A DNA stretch of 64,000 nucleotides, taken from assembly GCA_018401375.1 (NCBI GenBank), contig JAGYKR010000005.1:59254-123253 (forward strand). Reading direction: 5' to 3'. The notes below the pieces were generated by a model. The model ran no database searches. It worked only from the letters and a program-made list of their open reading frames with translations, and was not told the DNA's origin. Positions 46,474-55,243 of this stretch are shown in pieces. Both the position numbers and the translations under genes were made by a program. Position 1 is the stretch's first letter. Every line of letters begins with the position of its first letter. The DNA is from Ilumatobacteraceae bacterium. Its GTDB lineage: Bacteria; Actinomycetota; Acidimicrobiia; Acidimicrobiales; Ilumatobacteraceae.

Positions 46474-47426
46474 GAATCAGAGTCTTTGAGGTATCCGCGC
46501 ATCCACTCCACGGTGGCAGCGAGGCCTTGCGCTAATGGCACCGGGGTGATCCCACCAAACACCGAACGCAATAGCGAGTTATCGGCCTGCGAATGCGGAA
46601 CGTCACCGGGACGCACCTCGGTGTGGATCCGTTCCAAAGAGATGCCGAGTTGTGACTCAAGCATGTCGATCACTTCAAGCAGGCTGACCCTGGTTCCAAA
46701 GGCCAGATTGATCGGGGTCGGGTGGGAGATCTGTTCAATCACCGCTGTGGTGATCACTTCGGCCACCGTCCCAACATAAGTGAAATCGCGGCTTTGGGTT
46801 CCGTCGCCGTGCACTGTGAGCGGATCGCCTGTGAGGGCTGCGTGCACGAACGCCGGAATCACCGCTGCATAAGCGTGACCGGGCGCCTGACGCGGACCAA
46901 AGACGTTAAAGAATCTGAAGGCCAGACTGCGCTGCCCGTAACTGTGCTGCCAGGCCATGGTGTACTGCTCGGTGGCCATCTTGGAGACCGCATAGGGGCT
47001 GAGTGGAGCGAGCATCAAACCCTCATGTTTGGGGAGGGCTGGGTTCGCTCCATACACCGAGGAGGAAGAGGCCACGATGACCAAAGGGTCCCCGATCCTG
47101 CGAGCAGCCTCGAGGACTCGCAGTGTTCCGGTGGCGTTGGCCTCATGGGTGGCCACCGGATCCTGAATGGATCGCGGCACCGATGGCCGAGCTGCGAGAT
47201 GAACGATCGAATCTGCTCCGTGGCAGGCCTCAGCCAGCGCCGCAGGATCAAGAATCGAACCCTCCACAAAGGTCATCTCCGGGCCGTTCACCCCGAGGTC
47301 CTCAAGATTGTCTCGACTCCCCGTGGACAAATCATCGATCCCGCATACCTCGGCACCTACCTCAAGCAGATGTCGCACCACGTGTGAACCGATGAATCCG
47401 GCCGCACCGGTCACGCAGACTCGCAT
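46470..47426 (-). CDS. NAD-dependent nucleotide-sugar epimerase/dehydratase (SDR)
   Basis: 318 aa. Contains VTGAAGFIGSHV and YAVSKMATE (YxxxK). Confidence 0.85.
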   Translation of the reverse strand: MRVCVTGAAGFIGSHVVRHLLEVGAEVCGIDDLSTGSRDNLEDLGVNGPEMTFVEGSILDPAALAEACHGADSIVHLAARPSVPRSIQDPVATHEANATGTLRVLEAARRIGDPLVIVASSSSVYGANPALPKHEGLMLAPLSPYAVSKMATEQYTMAWQHSYGQRSLAFRFFNVFGPRQAPGHAYAAVIPAFVHAALTGDPLTVHGDGTQSRDFTYVGTVAEVITTAVIEQISHPTPINLAFGTRVSLLEVIDMLESQLGISLERIHTEVRPGDVPHSQADNSLLRSVFGGITPVPLAQGLAATVEWMRGYLKDSDS

Positions 47427-47449
47427 CGGTGTCAGGCTAGCGGGGTCGC

Positions 47450-48457
47450 TCAGCGCAGTCCGCCGAGAAATTCAACCAGAGCGGCATTGACCTCAGTGGC
47501 TCGTTCCTGCTGGGTCCAGTGGCCGCATCCCTCGAGGATGATCGAACGGGTCAAGCGAGGCAGCGTCATTTCAAAGCGTTCGATCGCTGCGCGGCCCCAG
47601 ATGGTCGGCCCATCTCGATCTCCACCGATGAACAATGCCGGCACCTCAATGGGCCGACCGGCGAGATGGGCCTGATCCTCCCAGTCCCGATCCACGTTCC
47701 GATAGCGATTGAGGCCACCAGTAAAACCCGTCCGCTCAAACTCGGCGGCATAAAAATCAAGGTCCGCTTCCGTCATCCATTCGGGCCATGTGCCGGTGTC
47801 GGGATAGACGAATCGCTCCCTCATCTGGCTGCCCCACGGGATAGAACCAACGGTCCCACCCCCGACGAACTGGGTGGGTGCCGTGCCCGAGATCGAGTAG
47901 TAGAACCCGAGCAGCCAGTTGCGCACATCAGCCTCAAGTTCGCGCTCAGCGCGGCCGGGTTCTTGGAAGTACTCGATATAAAACTCCTCTTCGCCGCCCA
48001 TCGCCCGGAATCCAGCGGTCGGACGGGTGGGACCGCGACCAGCGAAAGGTACCGATAAGCCCGCTACCGCCGTAAACACATCGGGGCGCATCCAGGCCGA
48101 ACTCCAAGCGATCGGTGCGCCCCAGTCGTGACCGATAATGACCGCGGTCTCCTCACCGAGGGCCTGCACGACACCGATGTTGTCGGCTACGAGTTGGGTC
48201 ATGCGGTAGTCCTCTACCCGAGGAGGAGCCGAGGATCGGCCGTAACCGCGAACATCGATCGCGACTGCCCGGTATCCGGCCGCTGACAGTGCCGTGAGTT
48301 GGTGGCGCCATGAGTACCAAGACTCAGGAAAGCCGTGCACCAGCAGGACCATCTGCCCTGATCCCGGTCCAGATGAGCCGTCCGCCTCCACCGCATGAAT
48401 ACGAACTCCATTCACATTAAGTATGCGCGATGGCCATCTGTCCATAGTGGCGTTCAT
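47450..48457 (-). CDS. epoxide hydrolase-type alpha/beta hydrolase
   Basis: 335 aa. Contains VLLVHGFPESWYSWRHQL and IGHDWGAPIAW (Asp nucleophile), with a C-terminal GCGHWTQQE. Confidence 0.8.
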   Translation of the reverse strand: MNATMDRWPSRILNVNGVRIHAVEADGSSGPGSGQMVLLVHGFPESWYSWRHQLTALSAAGYRAVAIDVRGYGRSSAPPRVEDYRMTQLVADNIGVVQALGEETAVIIGHDWGAPIAWSSAWMRPDVFTAVAGLSVPFAGRGPTRPTAGFRAMGGEEEFYIEYFQEPGRAERELEADVRNWLLGFYYSISGTAPTQFVGGGTVGSIPWGSQMRERFVYPDTGTWPEWMTEADLDFYAAEFERTGFTGGLNRYRNVDRDWEDQAHLAGRPIEVPALFIGGDRDGPTIWGRAAIERFEMTLPRLTRSIILEGCGHWTQQERATEVNAALVEFLGGLR

Positions 48458-48518
48458 TACAAGAGCCTGACAGGTCTACGCACCAAATCTCCGTAGCGGA
48501 AGCGGTAGCGTCCGTTCG

Positions 48519-49172
48519 ATGGCTCGTACCGCAAAGGCCGATTATCGGGCGCTGATGACCCAGGTGGCCCGCAGGCGCCTGGAGAACGGCGAGGAGGTTG
48601 CTGTGACGAGCATTGCCTCAGAACTTGACGTCAGTCCGGGGCTCGTGCATTTCTACTTCGGTGATCGCCAGTCACTCGTCAATGCCGCTTGGCATGAGAT
48701 CTTGATGGCGCACGTTACTGACGATCTCGCCGCCGTTGACCAACTCACCGAGGAGGCGAACTGGTCAGGTTTGCGATCACTCACCGATCAGGTCTTTCAC
48801 TCTTCACGAGATGCCATCCATCTCGCTCACTTGCGGGCCTCGGTGGATTCCCAGCAGAACGCTGAGTTAGCCCAAATCTTTGATGCCGTGACCGACGTGA
48901 CTACTCGCTTCTGGAAAGATCAGATCTCGGCTGGGGTTGCAGTCGGGGTAGCTCGCACACCCCTCGACCCTCACGCGTTAGCGATCTTGATCATGTCGGT
49001 CCCACTTGGGGTATCCGTAGCCAAACCTCGACTCACGGAGGATGAGCGGATGGCTCTCAGCGAGGCCTGGTCCGTCATGTTGCGAGCGGTGCTAGAGCCA
49101 GGGTTCTCCATGGATGCGGTCACGACCTCCGCCACAGAGAACCCCAGCTCCTCACACATCACATCCGCCTAG
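48519..49172 (+). CDS. TetR-family transcriptional regulator
   Basis: 217 aa. The N-terminal HTH is VTSIASELDVSPGLVHFYFGDRQSLV. Confidence 0.8.
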   Translation: MARTAKADYRALMTQVARRRLENGEEVAVTSIASELDVSPGLVHFYFGDRQSLVNAAWHEILMAHVTDDLAAVDQLTEEANWSGLRSLTDQVFHSSRDAIHLAHLRASVDSQQNAELAQIFDAVTDVTTRFWKDQISAGVAVGVARTPLDPHALAILIMSVPLGVSVAKPRLTEDERMALSEAWSVMLRAVLEPGFSMDAVTTSATENPSSSHITSA

Positions 49173-49531
49173 TTCAGCATCGAAGCCGAACAAGGTGAAT
49201 CGAGGATCTCAAGCAGGGTTCCGTTTGCATTTACATGGAACTTTGTTGAGACCCGGTTTATATATCCACCCGTCACAAGCGTCTGAAGCCGGGCAGGACC
49301 TGTTGCTCCATCAATTGCCTCTAGTCCGGTTTCCGCAAAGTACGCAGAGACCGCGGTTTCAAGTGCTCGCCCGTCGGCCCTGCAGGCCGCTGTGGTACCC
49401 CGGTCGGTGATTCCACCCACCGCAAAGACCACCACAGTGGACAACACGCCCAACAACACGATGACGATTAAGAGTTCAATCAATGTGAACCCTGCGTCGT
49501 CCCCTCCGCCAAGAGTTGATCGCTTCTTCAT
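49169..49531 (-). CDS. prepilin-type N-terminal cleavage/methylation domain protein (type IV pilin/pseudopilin)
   Basis: 120 aa. The leader MKKRSTLGGGDDAG is followed by FTLIELLIVIVLLGVL, giving G-1, F+1 and E+5. There is one Cys. The gene looks visibly AT-richer than its surroundings. Confidence 0.8.
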   Translation of the reverse strand: MKKRSTLGGGDDAGFTLIELLIVIVLLGVLSTVVVFAVGGITDRGTTAACRADGRALETAVSAYFAETGLEAIDGATGPARLQTLVTGGYINRVSTKFHVNANGTLLEILDSPCSASMLN

Positions 49532-49579
49532 ATTTTCCTTCCGCCGTTAGTCCCCCTGTGCGGTATCTAAACAGGGCTG

Positions 49580-50647
49580 TCAAGACCCCGGATCCAGACC
49601 ACTTTGCCCGCCAAGCCCACCGAGCACCCCGTACACCGCAGACACCAAACCGAGCGCCACGAGTCCCACCACAAGGCCCACGCCAAGGATCATGACCGGC
49701 TCAATCACCGTGGTCATGCGTGCGATCCGAGTCTCGAGTCGTCGCGAGAAGTACTGGCCGGCAGTCTCTAACTGTTCCGCCAGAGTGCCGGTCTCCTCCC
49801 CCACCCTCAACATCAATCGCACCGGCGCCGGAAACAAGCCTGTTGCCATCATTGGTTCGGTGAATCCCCCGCCCTTCCACATCTCATCGCGAGCCTGATC
49901 CAAACGAAGCCGATGACCCACCAGTCCGGTGGCCCCAGTGGTCATCCACATCGCTTCGGCCATCGGCACTCCGGCCCGCACTCCGAGGGCCAACACCCGA
50001 CAAAACCGCTCTAACGCAGCCGCTGACAAGATCGGTCCGAGCATCGGTGTGCGCAAAGCAATCCGTTCGCGCAGTCCTCGAGCCCGCTTCCCGGTGAGCA
50101 CCGTCGATACCGCCAACAGAACGATCACAGCACTGAGACTCACCCACCACAGGTCTCCGGCCAGTCGCGAGAGCCACAACACGCCTCGGGTGGCGAGGGG
50201 CATCTCTGCTCCGACCTCCTCAAACAGCGGAACGAACTGCGGCACCACATACAGGGTCAGCACTGCGAGGGTCAATGCCGCGAAGACCATCACCACAATC
50301 GGATACGTGGCTGCACGCCAGATCGCAGCCCGTGAGGTCACCTCGCGTTCGAGTTGGAGAGCGATCGCTGCGAGTGCTGTCCCGAAGGATCCACTCACCT
50401 CAGCGGCGCGAATCACCCCGACGAAATATCCGGGTAACACAGCGCGCCGGGTGTAGAGCGCTGCCGACAGTGAGAGGCCTCCCTCGAGGTCACGAGCCAC
50501 ATCATTGAGCAACACGCGTAAGGCTCGGTCGTCGGTTTCGGTGGCGATGATCCGTACCGCATCGGTGATCGGAATCCCCGCCACCACAAATAGTTCTAAC
50601 TGTCGTGTGGCCTCGGCGAGATGCCGCAGTGATACCTCAGATCCCAT
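49580..50647 (-). CDS. pilC: type II secretion system F-family platform protein (PilC/ComGB-like)
   Basis: 355 aa with two T2SSF repeats (LSAALYTRRAVLPGYFVGVIRAAEVSG and FTEPMMATGLFPAPVRLMLRVGEETG). Confidence 0.85.
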   Translation of the reverse strand: MGSEVSLRHLAEATRQLELFVVAGIPITDAVRIIATETDDRALRVLLNDVARDLEGGLSLSAALYTRRAVLPGYFVGVIRAAEVSGSFGTALAAIALQLEREVTSRAAIWRAATYPIVVMVFAALTLAVLTLYVVPQFVPLFEEVGAEMPLATRGVLWLSRLAGDLWWVSLSAVIVLLAVSTVLTGKRARGLRERIALRTPMLGPILSAAALERFCRVLALGVRAGVPMAEAMWMTTGATGLVGHRLRLDQARDEMWKGGGFTEPMMATGLFPAPVRLMLRVGEETGTLAEQLETAGQYFSRRLETRIARMTTVIEPVMILGVGLVVGLVALGLVSAVYGVLGGLGGQSGLDPGS

Positions 50648-52452
50648 CAGGGGCTCTCCTCACTCGTGTGGTTTTCGGCGCGGAGATGAAACACCTCGCT
50701 GACTTCGGCAACGCTGCTGTGGCCGTGGGCTGCGAGAGCCAGTGCTGAGGTGGCCATGGTGGTCATCCCCTCAGATATCGCTTGCCCACGGACCTCCATC
50801 GCCGTGGCCCCAGCAAGGATGAGATCGCGGATCCCGGCACTGGTCACCAGCAATTCATAGACCCCAACGCGACCGTGAAACCCGGTACCCAGACATTCCT
50901 CGCAGCCATCGCCAGACCAGAGCTGAGCCGGAATCTCCCCAACTCCATGGCTACGAAACAGGGTGATCTCTGAGCGGTCTGGCTCACGGGAGCGCGTGCA
51001 GGCCGAACAGTTGAGGCGGACTAGACGTTGAGCCATCACCGCTCGCACCGCTGAGGCCACGAGATAGGGCGCAATGCCCATGTCGATCAGGCGATACAGC
51101 CCAGTGACCGCATCGGTGCCATGCACCGAGGACAGCACCAGATGGCCCGTCAAAGCCGCCTGCATTGCGATCGATGCTGTTTCACGGTCCCGGATCTCCC
51201 CTACGAGCAGCACGTCCGGGTCTTGACGTAACAAGGCCCGTAACCCGTTAGCAAAGCCGAGCCCGGCCCGTTCGTTGGTCTGGACCTGGGTGACTCCAGC
51301 GAGCAGATATTCCACGGGGTCTTCGATGGTGATGATGTTGCGGGAGGGATGGTTAATGGCTGCAAGGCTCGCAAACAAACTGGTGGTCTTACCCGCTCCC
51401 GTAGGACCAGCGCACAGGATCACTCCATCGTGAGCCTCGAGCGCATTGCGATACCGAGCCAAGGTCACAGATGCCATCCCGAGTTCCTCTAGATCTTTGA
51501 CCGCCATCTCTGCAGGCAAGAGTCGCAACACCAGTTTCTCCCCCAGGACGGTGGGCAGGCTGGCCACTCGAATGTCGAGGTGTTCGCCATCCACCTCAAC
51601 GGCACAGGTGCCGTCTTGGGGGATGCGACGTTCCACAATGTCCATTTGCGCCATCACTTTCAGTCGGCTCACCACCGCTGGATGCGCTCCCATCGGCACC
51701 TCAAACAGGTCCTTCAGATGTCCGTCCACCCGGACTCGGATCCGACAGTGATCCCGCCCCGGCTCGATGTGAAGATCGCTGGCCCGGTCTCTCACCGCTT
51801 GAGTGATCACAAGATCCACCAGCTCCACAACCTCGGGTGCGAGACCCTTGCGCAGATCCTGAGCGATCGCTGTGATCGCTGCGTGAATCAGGCGATCACA
51901 GCGCCAGAGCCGGTCGATCACGGAGATCACAGTGAGTGGGTCACCGGCCGCCCAACAGATCGGTGCGGTCAGCACCGACTGGGCCTGATGGCGGGCGCGG
52001 CTGCGGGCCTCCGCCGTCATCACAACCCATTGGCCAGAGTCCCGGCCGATCGGCACGGCCCGGTGATGCAACGCCCAGGCCCTAGTGAGACCGTCGCGTT
52101 CCAGATCACGAACTGACTCACTGGACACGAGGAGCTCGTCCATCGTCTCGGTCACAGCGGTGAGACCGAGCCCCGTCACCTGAGAGAGCGCTTCCACCCA
52201 GGTCCGCCGATTGAGGTGATGGCGGATGACTAACTCCGTTGCACAGCGCACCGGATCAGGTTCGTGACGCGCCAGCACCTCGAGCATGGCTGCGGCACTG
52301 ACCGCACCCAGACCCACCAGCACCCGTCCGATCTCTTCACAGATGACGAGGTCATCATGAAAGGAACCGTCAAAAAAATCCTCTTTACTCGACAACGCCC
52401 AAGGTCCGCCCCCGGGCAGGCTTGCGCCGCGCATCATCGACTCCCGCATCAT
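50647..52452 (-). CDS. pilB: GspE/PilB-family secretion ATPase
   Basis: 601 aa. Walker A is GPTGAGKTT, Walker B is VLLVGEIRD, the His box is SSVHG, and the tetracysteine motif is CSAC...CEEC. It has an N-terminal T2SSE_N-like region. Confidence 0.9.
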   Translation of the reverse strand: MMRESMMRGASLPGGGPWALSSKEDFFDGSFHDDLVICEEIGRVLVGLGAVSAAAMLEVLARHEPDPVRCATELVIRHHLNRRTWVEALSQVTGLGLTAVTETMDELLVSSESVRDLERDGLTRAWALHHRAVPIGRDSGQWVVMTAEARSRARHQAQSVLTAPICWAAGDPLTVISVIDRLWRCDRLIHAAITAIAQDLRKGLAPEVVELVDLVITQAVRDRASDLHIEPGRDHCRIRVRVDGHLKDLFEVPMGAHPAVVSRLKVMAQMDIVERRIPQDGTCAVEVDGEHLDIRVASLPTVLGEKLVLRLLPAEMAVKDLEELGMASVTLARYRNALEAHDGVILCAGPTGAGKTTSLFASLAAINHPSRNIITIEDPVEYLLAGVTQVQTNERAGLGFANGLRALLRQDPDVLLVGEIRDRETASIAMQAALTGHLVLSSVHGTDAVTGLYRLIDMGIAPYLVASAVRAVMAQRLVRLNCSACTRSREPDRSEITLFRSHGVGEIPAQLWSGDGCEECLGTGFHGRVGVYELLVTSAGIRDLILAGATAMEVRGQAISEGMTTMATSALALAAHGHSSVAEVSEVFHLRAENHTSEESP

Positions 52453-52504
52453 GGACCCCTTCCGCCGGGTCTCTCCACCTGCGCCTCACAGTAGCGCAGG
52501 CCCC

Positions 52505-53468
52505 ATGTGCAGAAAACGGCCCCCGATCGGCGACGATAGGGAGGTGAAAGTCCATCTCGTCGACGGCACCTACGAACTGTTCCGCCAGCATTTTGGTGCG
52601 GCCCGACGACCGGGAAGCAGCACCGGACGCGAACCCTCATCGAATCCGTTTGCCGCCACTATCGGGGTGGTGGCCTCCACGATTGCGGTGATCGCCGATG
52701 CGATCTCAGCCTCTGGCGCAGCGTGGGTGGGAGTGGCAACCGATCATGAGATCCGCAGTTTTCGTAACGAACTCTGGGCTGGCTATAAGACCGGTGACGA
52801 GACCCCACCTGAACTCTTGACCCAGATTCCGATGATGAAAGAAACCCTCGGGGCCCTCGGAGTGACGGTGTGGCCGATGATTGAGTGGGAGGCCGATGAT
52901 GCGATGGCCTCGGCCGCCCACGTCGCCTCGCAAGATCCCGCTGTGACCCAGGTGATCTTGATTACCCCTGATAAGGATCTCGCCCAATGCGTCACCGGTG
53001 ACCGGGTCGTGCTCTATGACCGGCGCAAAGGCGAGTTCACTAACCACGATGGAGTGATCGAGAAGTTTGGGGTCTCGCCTTGGTCAATCCCGGATTATCT
53101 CGGCCTTGTGGGTGATTCCTCCGATGGTTTCCCGGGGCTTGTTCCGTGTTAAACGAGCCTTCTGGCGTGTTTCCAAGAGTGCGGCAGCCGTGCTCGCCCG
53201 CTACGAGCATCTTGAAGCCATCCCTGATGATGTGAATGAGTGGGACGTACCGGGCCTCCGAGGCGCCGCCCGACTAGCCGAAACACTGAGCGGTCAACGC
53301 GAACTGGCCGAGCTATTCCGCAGGATTGCGACTGTGGTCCGCACTGTGGAGGTGGGTCAGGTGGCCGACTGGAAGTGGCAAGGCCCCACCGCCGATTTCC
53401 GTGAGATCATGACCGATCTCGGGGCGCCCGAACTCGTTGATCGGGCGGAGCGGCTGTCCGCTGACTGA
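52505..53468 (+). pseudogene. 5'-3' exonuclease (FEN/Pol I N-terminal-like) split into two frames
   Basis: Frame A ends at ...VGDSSDGFPGLVPC* (stop at 53150-53152). The H3TH part, ...SKSAAAVLARYEHLEAIPDD..., continues in the +1 frame. About 19 nt (GTTCCGTGTTAAACGAGCC) look extra relative to the usual GxPG-x5-K[ST]AA spacing. Confidence 0.6.
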
Positions 53469-53641
53469 GGTGACGACCAGGCGATCTGCGGCACACAGAC
53501 GATGCCGATGAAGGCTGCTCCCTTCCGGGCCTGACCTGGTTCACGGGCGCCCGTTGCACAGGACCCGGTCGTCACCTCACTCAGCGAAGCCATGGAGATG
53601 TGTCTCTAGCCTACCGGAGCGCTACCCTGTCGCTCACCCCA

Positions 53642-53729
53642 GGAGGGGTGCGAGAGCGGCCGAATCGGCACGCTTGGAAAGCGTGTGTGGGGAAACTCAC
53701 CGTGGGTTCGAATCCCACCCCCTCCGCCA
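53642..53729 (+). tRNA. tRNA-Ser (anticodon GGA)
   Basis: Manual cloverleaf. The acceptor stem pairs GGAGGGG with CCCCTCC. The anticodon stem-loop is CACGC-TTGGAAA-GCGTG. It has a long variable arm, T-arm GTGGG-TTCGAAT-CCCAC, discriminator G and an encoded CCA. Confidence 0.92.
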
Positions 53730-53740
53730 ATCGTGGCCGT

Positions 53741-54616
53741 ATGGTTCACGTTATGAACGATCTCAACGTCACCGGAGAATCGGGTGCGGCTGTGACCGCC
53801 TTCTCCGAGATGCTCGCCGGCCTGCGCCGCACCGACACAAACTCAGATACAAACTCAAACGGTGATGAGTACGTGATCACCCTCCCCACCGACTGGTTAC
53901 AGGGTCGTACCTCCTATGGCGGACTGACGGCAGCGATCTCGTTGGAGGCCGCTCAGCGTTCATTCCCCGATCTCCCACCTTTGCGATCGGCGCAGTTCGC
54001 CTTCATCGGCCCGGCCTCCGGAGAGCTACACCTTCGCCCGCAAGTCCTGCGCCAAGGTAAATCCACCGTTTTCGCCAGCGTGGATCTCTACGGGGATTCG
54101 GGTCTTGCGGTGCGCAGCCTGTTCTGTTGTGGGACCGACCGTCGTTCATCTCCCGATTTCACTCGGTGGCAGATGCCCGATGTCTCGGAGCCACGCAACT
54201 GCCCCGCATTCTTTTCTTGGCCAAATAGACCCAACTTCATGGAGCATTTTGACGGTCACCTCGCCGGCGGACAGTTCCCGCTCTCTGGTCACACCCCACC
54301 GGAGATGCTGGTCTGGGTCCGTCACCGAGACCAGTCCGCTCCCGATGATTTCGTGCGTCTGATCGCCGCCGCCGATGCCTTACCACCCACCGCTTTCGCG
54401 GCTTTTGATGAGGCCGTGCCGATCAGCACAATGACCTGGGCGATCGACATTTTGGAGCCAGACCTCCGCAACGACACCGGCTGGTGGCTGATTCACAATG
54501 TGGCCGAGACGATCCGCGATGGCTACTCCGCTCAGACCACCCTCATCTGGAGTCCCGACGGCCGACCGGTGCTGTCCGCTCGCCAAAACGTAGCGATCTT
54601 CGGCCCCCAACCATGA
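53741..54616 (+). CDS. acyl-CoA thioesterase-like (double hot-dog) protein
   Basis: The ORF is trimmed at MVHVMNDLN so it does not overlap the tRNA. GRTSYGGLTAAISLEAA and WLIHNVAETIRDGYS resemble TesB-like thioesterases. Confidence 0.5.
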   Translation: MVHVMNDLNVTGESGAAVTAFSEMLAGLRRTDTNSDTNSNGDEYVITLPTDWLQGRTSYGGLTAAISLEAAQRSFPDLPPLRSAQFAFIGPASGELHLRPQVLRQGKSTVFASVDLYGDSGLAVRSLFCCGTDRRSSPDFTRWQMPDVSEPRNCPAFFSWPNRPNFMEHFDGHLAGGQFPLSGHTPPEMLVWVRHRDQSAPDDFVRLIAAADALPPTAFAAFDEAVPISTMTWAIDILEPDLRNDTGWWLIHNVAETIRDGYSAQTTLIWSPDGRPVLSARQNVAIFGPQP

Positions 54617-55089
54617 TCGAGCAGTCCACCACCCCCCACCTAGAGATCTGGATGCGCGCCGCATTGGCCGAGGCCCGCTGCGCTCTGGATCACGACGACG
54701 TCCCGGTGGGTGCCGTAGTGGTCCGGGACGGACAGGTCATCGCGGCGCGACACAACGAACGCGAACTGACCGGGGATCCGACCGCCCACGCCGAAATCCT
54801 TGCTCTGCGTGACGCAGCCGCCGTAGTGGGCCATTGGCGACTCGACGACTGCATTTTGGTGGTCACCCTTGAGCCCTGTGCGATGTGTGCCGGGGCGATC
54901 GTCAATGCTCGGGTCGGTCAGTTGATCTATGGGGCTACCGATCCCAAGGCAGGTGCCGCTGGCAGTGTGTTCGATCTCGTGGACTCTGAGGTCCTGAATC
55001 ATCGGACCCCACGAACCACGGGAATTCTCGCTGAGGAGTGCGGGCAGATCCTCAAGGACTTCTTCGCGGTTCGCCGATCCCGGCGCTAG
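54613..55089 (+). CDS. tadA: tRNA adenosine(34) deaminase
   Basis: Trimmed to MIEQSTTPHLEIWMRAAL, with an ATGA overlap. Contains HAEILALRDAA and the zinc motifs TLEPCAMCAGAI. Confidence 0.9.
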   Translation: MIEQSTTPHLEIWMRAALAEARCALDHDDVPVGAVVVRDGQVIAARHNERELTGDPTAHAEILALRDAAAVVGHWRLDDCILVVTLEPCAMCAGAIVNARVGQLIYGATDPKAGAAGSVFDLVDSEVLNHRTPRTTGILAEECGQILKDFFAVRRSRR

Positions 55090-55101
55090 CCTCGCTTCCA
55101 C

Positions 55102-55191
55102 GGAAGGGTGCCAGAGTGGACGAATGGGACGGCCTCGAAAGCCGTTGAGGTCTTCGGGCCTCCGTGGGTTCGAATCCCACCCCTTCCGCCA
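55102..55191 (+). tRNA. tRNA-Ser (anticodon CGA)
   Basis: Manual cloverleaf. The acceptor stem pairs GGAAGGG with CCCTTCC. The anticodon stem-loop is ACGGC-CTCGAAA-GCCGT. It has a long variable arm, T-arm GTGGG-TTCGAAT-CCCAC, discriminator G and an encoded CCA. Confidence 0.92.
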
Positions 55192-55243
55192 TTCGCTCGA
55201 CACTCCGTGTTGACGGCGTGTTGAAGGCGTGACCCCCCTGCCG

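Noticed and set aside
52264-52335. An MshEN-like c-di-GMP-binding motif in the PilB N-terminus (EIGRVLVGLGAVSAAAMLEVLARH, compared with RLGxxLLxxGLIxxxxLxxxLxxQ).
   Set aside because: The spacing fits, but the key first Arg and last Gln are replaced (E and H), and two hydrophobic positions differ. It is probably just the generic T2SSE_N helix pair and not evidence for c-di-GMP binding.
52524-52531. A search for WhiG/FliA-type promoters (TAAA-N15-GCCGATAA) upstream of the pilus genes. The closest hit is GCCGATCG on the minus strand upstream of pilB.
   Set aside because: The -10 element matches only partially and there is no TAAA at the right distance. Other GCCGATAA-like words (for example around 39409 within ccr) are inside coding sequence. 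The window gives no support for a sigma-28-type promoter.
53600-53740. An N-terminal extension of the thioesterase ORF, and the 103-aa ORF at 53554-53865, both covering the tRNA-Ser(GGA) gene.
   Set aside because: The region folds into a complete tRNA-Ser cloverleaf. The CDS was trimmed to the ATG at 53741.
53642-55191. A possible genomic island bounded by the two tRNA-Ser genes, whose T-arm and acceptor 3' halves are nearly identical.
   Set aside because: The intervening genes are a thioesterase and tadA. tadA followed by tRNA-Ser is conserved housekeeping synteny. There is no integrase, direct-repeat scar or compositional shift.
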